From NCBI GenBank assembly GCA_027451345.1, contig DAIDJO010000053.1, positions 747 to 64,746 on the forward strand: a stretch of DNA of 64,000 bases, written 5' to 3'. Shown piece by piece: positions 61,588 through 64,000 of this stretch. The translations under genes and the position numbers were made by a program. The stretch comes from Solirubrobacterales bacterium. GTDB taxonomy: Bacteria > Actinomycetota > Thermoleophilia > Solirubrobacterales > Solirubrobacteraceae. Within the stretch, counting starts at the first letter, position 1, and each line of letters starts with the position of its first letter. The notes under the pieces were generated by a model. It had not been told where the DNA came from. It did not search any database and worked only from the letters and a program-made list of their open reading frames with translations.

Positions 61588-62952
61588 TCATCCCGCTTCG
61601 ATGAGGCGCAGGATCCCGGCGACCGGGATCGGAACCCACTCGGGACGGTTGTCGAGCTCGTACCGGAGCTCGTACAGCGCCTTCTCCAGCTCGAACATTC
61701 CGAGCAGGCCCTGAATCTGGGCCTGGCCGGTCGGCAGCAGCGCCGGATCGACGGCGGCGAAGTAGGCGTCGAGGAACGCCTGCCGGGCCCGCGCCTCGAA
61801 GTCCGCCGGCGCCTCCTGGCCCCGCTGCAGCCGCACCGCCCACGTCGCGTAGGAGAAGGAGCGCAGCATGCTCGCCACGTCCCGCAGCGGTGAGCGCTTC
61901 TGCCGGCGGACGTTCAGCGGCCGCGCCGGCTCGCCCTCGAAGTCGAGCAGCGTCCAGTCGTGACCGGTGTAGAGCGTCTGACCGAGGTGCAGGTCGCCGT
62001 GGATCCGGATGCTCTTGCCGCCGAGCGGACCCTGGGCCGGCAGCGTGATCCGCTCGCGGATCGTCTGCTCGAGGCCGACGAGCGGCTCGACGCTCGGCTC
62101 GTCGGGCAGGTGCCCGAAGACCCGCTCCAGCTGATCGTCGAGTGTCGCCCGCAGCAGGTTGAGCAGCTCGGTGCTCGGATCCTGGGGGGAGAAGGCGGGG
62201 TCGGCGGCATCGGTGGCGAGCACCGAATGGAGCCGTGCCGTGGCGGTGCCGAGCTCGGCGATGCGCCCGAGGAGGGTGTCGGGCGCCGTCGGGATCTCCG
62301 CGAGGGCGAGCTCCCAGCCGTCGGTCCCGTCGACCACGAACTGCTGGGCCACGGCGAGGGTCGCGGCCAGCGCGTCACCCTCGTACTCGCACCAGCCGTA
62401 GAGGGCGGCGATGTTCGGGTACTCGTGGGCGGTGAGGAAGCGCAGCATCTCGAGCTCGGGGTTGATCCCCGGCTCGAGACGGCGGAAGAGCTTCAGCGCC
62501 AGCCGGTCGCCGAAGACCACCGAGCTGTTCGACTGCTCCGCGCCCATCGGCCGCACCGGCTCGCTCGCCGGATCGGTCCTGGTCGCCGGTCCGGCGTCCT
62601 CGTGTCGAACGTGGCGGAAGCAGAACTGTCCGTGACGGCCCGCGATCTCGCGCGCGTCGTCGATCGCCGCGAGCAGATGGTGGGCGTGCGGACCGTCGGC
62701 GAGGACGTCCGGGTCGCCGCCGACGGGATCGGTGAGGAGCTGGTAGAGCTCGTGGGACCCGTTGGCGAAGTGCACCTGCACGAGGGCGAGCGCGAGGCTC
62801 GTGTCGACCTCCGCCTCCTCGACGACCTCGACGTCGGTGATCGTCTGGCTCTTGGCCGCGAACCACCGTTGCTCGCGCAGCCAGGAGTGGAGCTCCTCGG
62901 GATCCAGGCGCTGTGCCACCGGGCCGGGCTCGTGATCCAACGGCTCACCCAT
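61588..62952 (-). CDS. mak: Maltokinase (Mak/Pep2)
   Basis: [45 protein letters not shown]. Confidence 0.92.
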   Translation of the reverse strand: MGEPLDHEPGPVAQRLDPEELHSWLREQRWFAAKSQTITDVEVVEEAEVDTSLALALVQVHFANGSHELYQLLTDPVGGDPDVLADGPHAHHLLAAIDDAREIAGRHGQFCFRHVRHEDAGPATRTDPASEPVRPMGAEQSNSSVVFGDRLALKLFRRLEPGINPELEMLRFLTAHEYPNIAALYGWCEYEGDALAATLAVAQQFVVDGTDGWELALAEIPTAPDTLLGRIAELGTATARLHSVLATDAADPAFSPQDPSTELLNLLRATLDDQLERVFGHLPDEPSVEPLVGLEQTIRERITLPAQGPLGGKSIRIHGDLHLGQTLYTGHDWTLLDFEGEPARPLNVRRQKRSPLRDVASMLRSFSYATWAVRLQRGQEAPADFEARARQAFLDAYFAAVDPALLPTGQAQIQGLLGMFELEKALYELRYELDNRPEWVPIPVAGILRLIEAG

Positions 62953-64000
62953 CGGAGGGGTCCTTTCGCTCGTCAACCAGGGCGAACCAGTAGTAGCCCC
63001 GTGGCTGGAAGGTGAGCAGGTACGGTAGCTGGCCGATGCGGGGGAAGCGCGAGTCGCCGAAGAGCTCCACCGGGTGGCGCCCCTCGTATGGGGCCAGATC
63101 GAGCTCGACCGCCTGAGCGGAGCGCGCCAGGTTGTGGACGCAGAGGACGATGTCCTCCTGGAAGCGGCGGACGAGGGCGAAGATGCGTGGGTTGTCGGTG
63201 ATGATCGGCTCGTAGCTCCCCAGGCCGAACACCGGGTGCTCCTTGCGCAGCGCGATGAAGCGGTGCATCCAGCGCAGCAGCGAGGTGGGGGTTCGCAGCC
63301 CGGCCTCGACGTTCACGGCCTGATACCCGTAGACCGGGTCCATCAGCGGCGAGGAGTACAGCTGGGCAAAGTCCGCACGGCTGAACCCGCCGTTGCGGTC
63401 GACGCTCCACTGCATCGGCGTGCGCACGCCGTCCCGGTCGCCGAGGAAGACGTTGTCCCCCATGGCGATCTCGTCCCCGTAATAGAGGACCGGCGAGCCC
63501 GGCAGCGAGAAGAGGATCGCCGTCATCAGCTCGATCTCGTCGCGACCGTTGTCGAGCAGCGGCGCGAGGCGGCGCCGGATCCCCAGGTTGAGCTTCATCC
63601 GGGGATCCTTGGCGTACTCCGCGTACATGTAGTCGCGCTCCTCGTCGGTGACCATCTCGAGCGTCAGCTCGTCGTGGTTGCGCAGGAACAGGCCCCACTG
63701 GGCGTTGTCCGGGATCGCGGGTGTCCGCTCGAGGATCTCGTAGATCGGCGTCGCCTGTTCCCGGCGCACGGCCATGAACATGCGCGGCATGACCGGGAAG
63801 TGGAACGCCATGTGGCACTCGTCGCCCTCGCCGAAGTACTCGACCACGTCCTCCGGCCACTGGTTGGCCTCGGCGAGCAGGACCCGGTCCGGGTAGTGGC
63901 TGTCGATCTCCCGGCGGCAGCGCTTGAGGAACGCATGGGTCTCGGCGAGGTTCTCGCAGTTGGTGCCCTCCCGTTCGAAGAGGTAGGGCACCGCGTCGAG
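62945..64000 (-). CDS. treS: Trehalose synthase (maltose alpha-D-glucosyltransferase), 5' end outside the window
   Basis: [44 protein letters not shown]. Confidence 0.96.
   Translation of the reverse strand, partial: LDAVPYLFEREGTNCENLAETHAFLKRCRREIDSHYPDRVLLAEANQWPEDVVEYFGEGDECHMAFHFPVMPRMFMAVRREQATPIYEILERTPAIPDNAQWGLFLRNHDELTLEMVTDEERDYMYAEYAKDPRMKLNLGIRRRLAPLLDNGRDEIELMTAILFSLPGSPVLYYGDEIAMGDNVFLGDRDGVRTPMQWSVDRNGGFSRADFAQLYSSPLMDPVYGYQAVNVEAGLRTPTSLLRWMHRFIALRKEHPVFGLGSYEPIITDNPRIFALVRRFQEDIVLCVHNLARSAQAVELDLAPYEGRHPVELFGDSRFPRIGQLPYLLTFQPRGYYWFALVDERKDPSDG

Overview
Very GC-rich bacterial chromosomal segment. Gene content and frequent TANNNT-start (leaderless-type) architecture suggest Actinomycetota, probably Thermoleophilia/Solirubrobacterales-like (inference). 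No rRNA, tRNA, CRISPR array, transposase or phage gene was recognised. From left to right: fused ahbAB siroheme decarboxylase (truncated by the window edge) and hemB; YciI, TSUP, AI-2E and YmdB genes; a small ORF plus glmS behind a paired-palindrome promoter; a GT87/GtrA/alkaline-phosphatase-superfamily envelope block; aminotransferase-ddl and DUF151; FprA-like reductase, MFS and J-domain genes; a LacI-controlled family-5 ABC transporter with a GH1 beta-glucosidase; a NarL two-component system; a protocatechuate (pcaIJHGBDC) cluster directly downstream of a LacI-regulated HisD-paralog (HpsN-like)/SDR unit with three clear operators and a collapsed SDR remnant; a PAS-GAF-GGDEF-HD-GYP gene with a 16-bp frameshifting duplication; a heme island (DHA2 MFS, MhuD-like, unknown radical SAM, hemY-hemH-hemE, divergent AhbD-like radical SAM plus FabX-like flavoprotein); and the treS-mak-glgB-treZ-glgX-treY alpha-glucan/trehalose operon. 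The best candidates for undescribed biology are the two-radical-SAM heme island lacking chdC, the HpsN-like/pca coupling, and the small glmS-associated putative regulator with its TGCC-N8-GGCA sites. All family assignments come from motif recognition by eye, not database searches.
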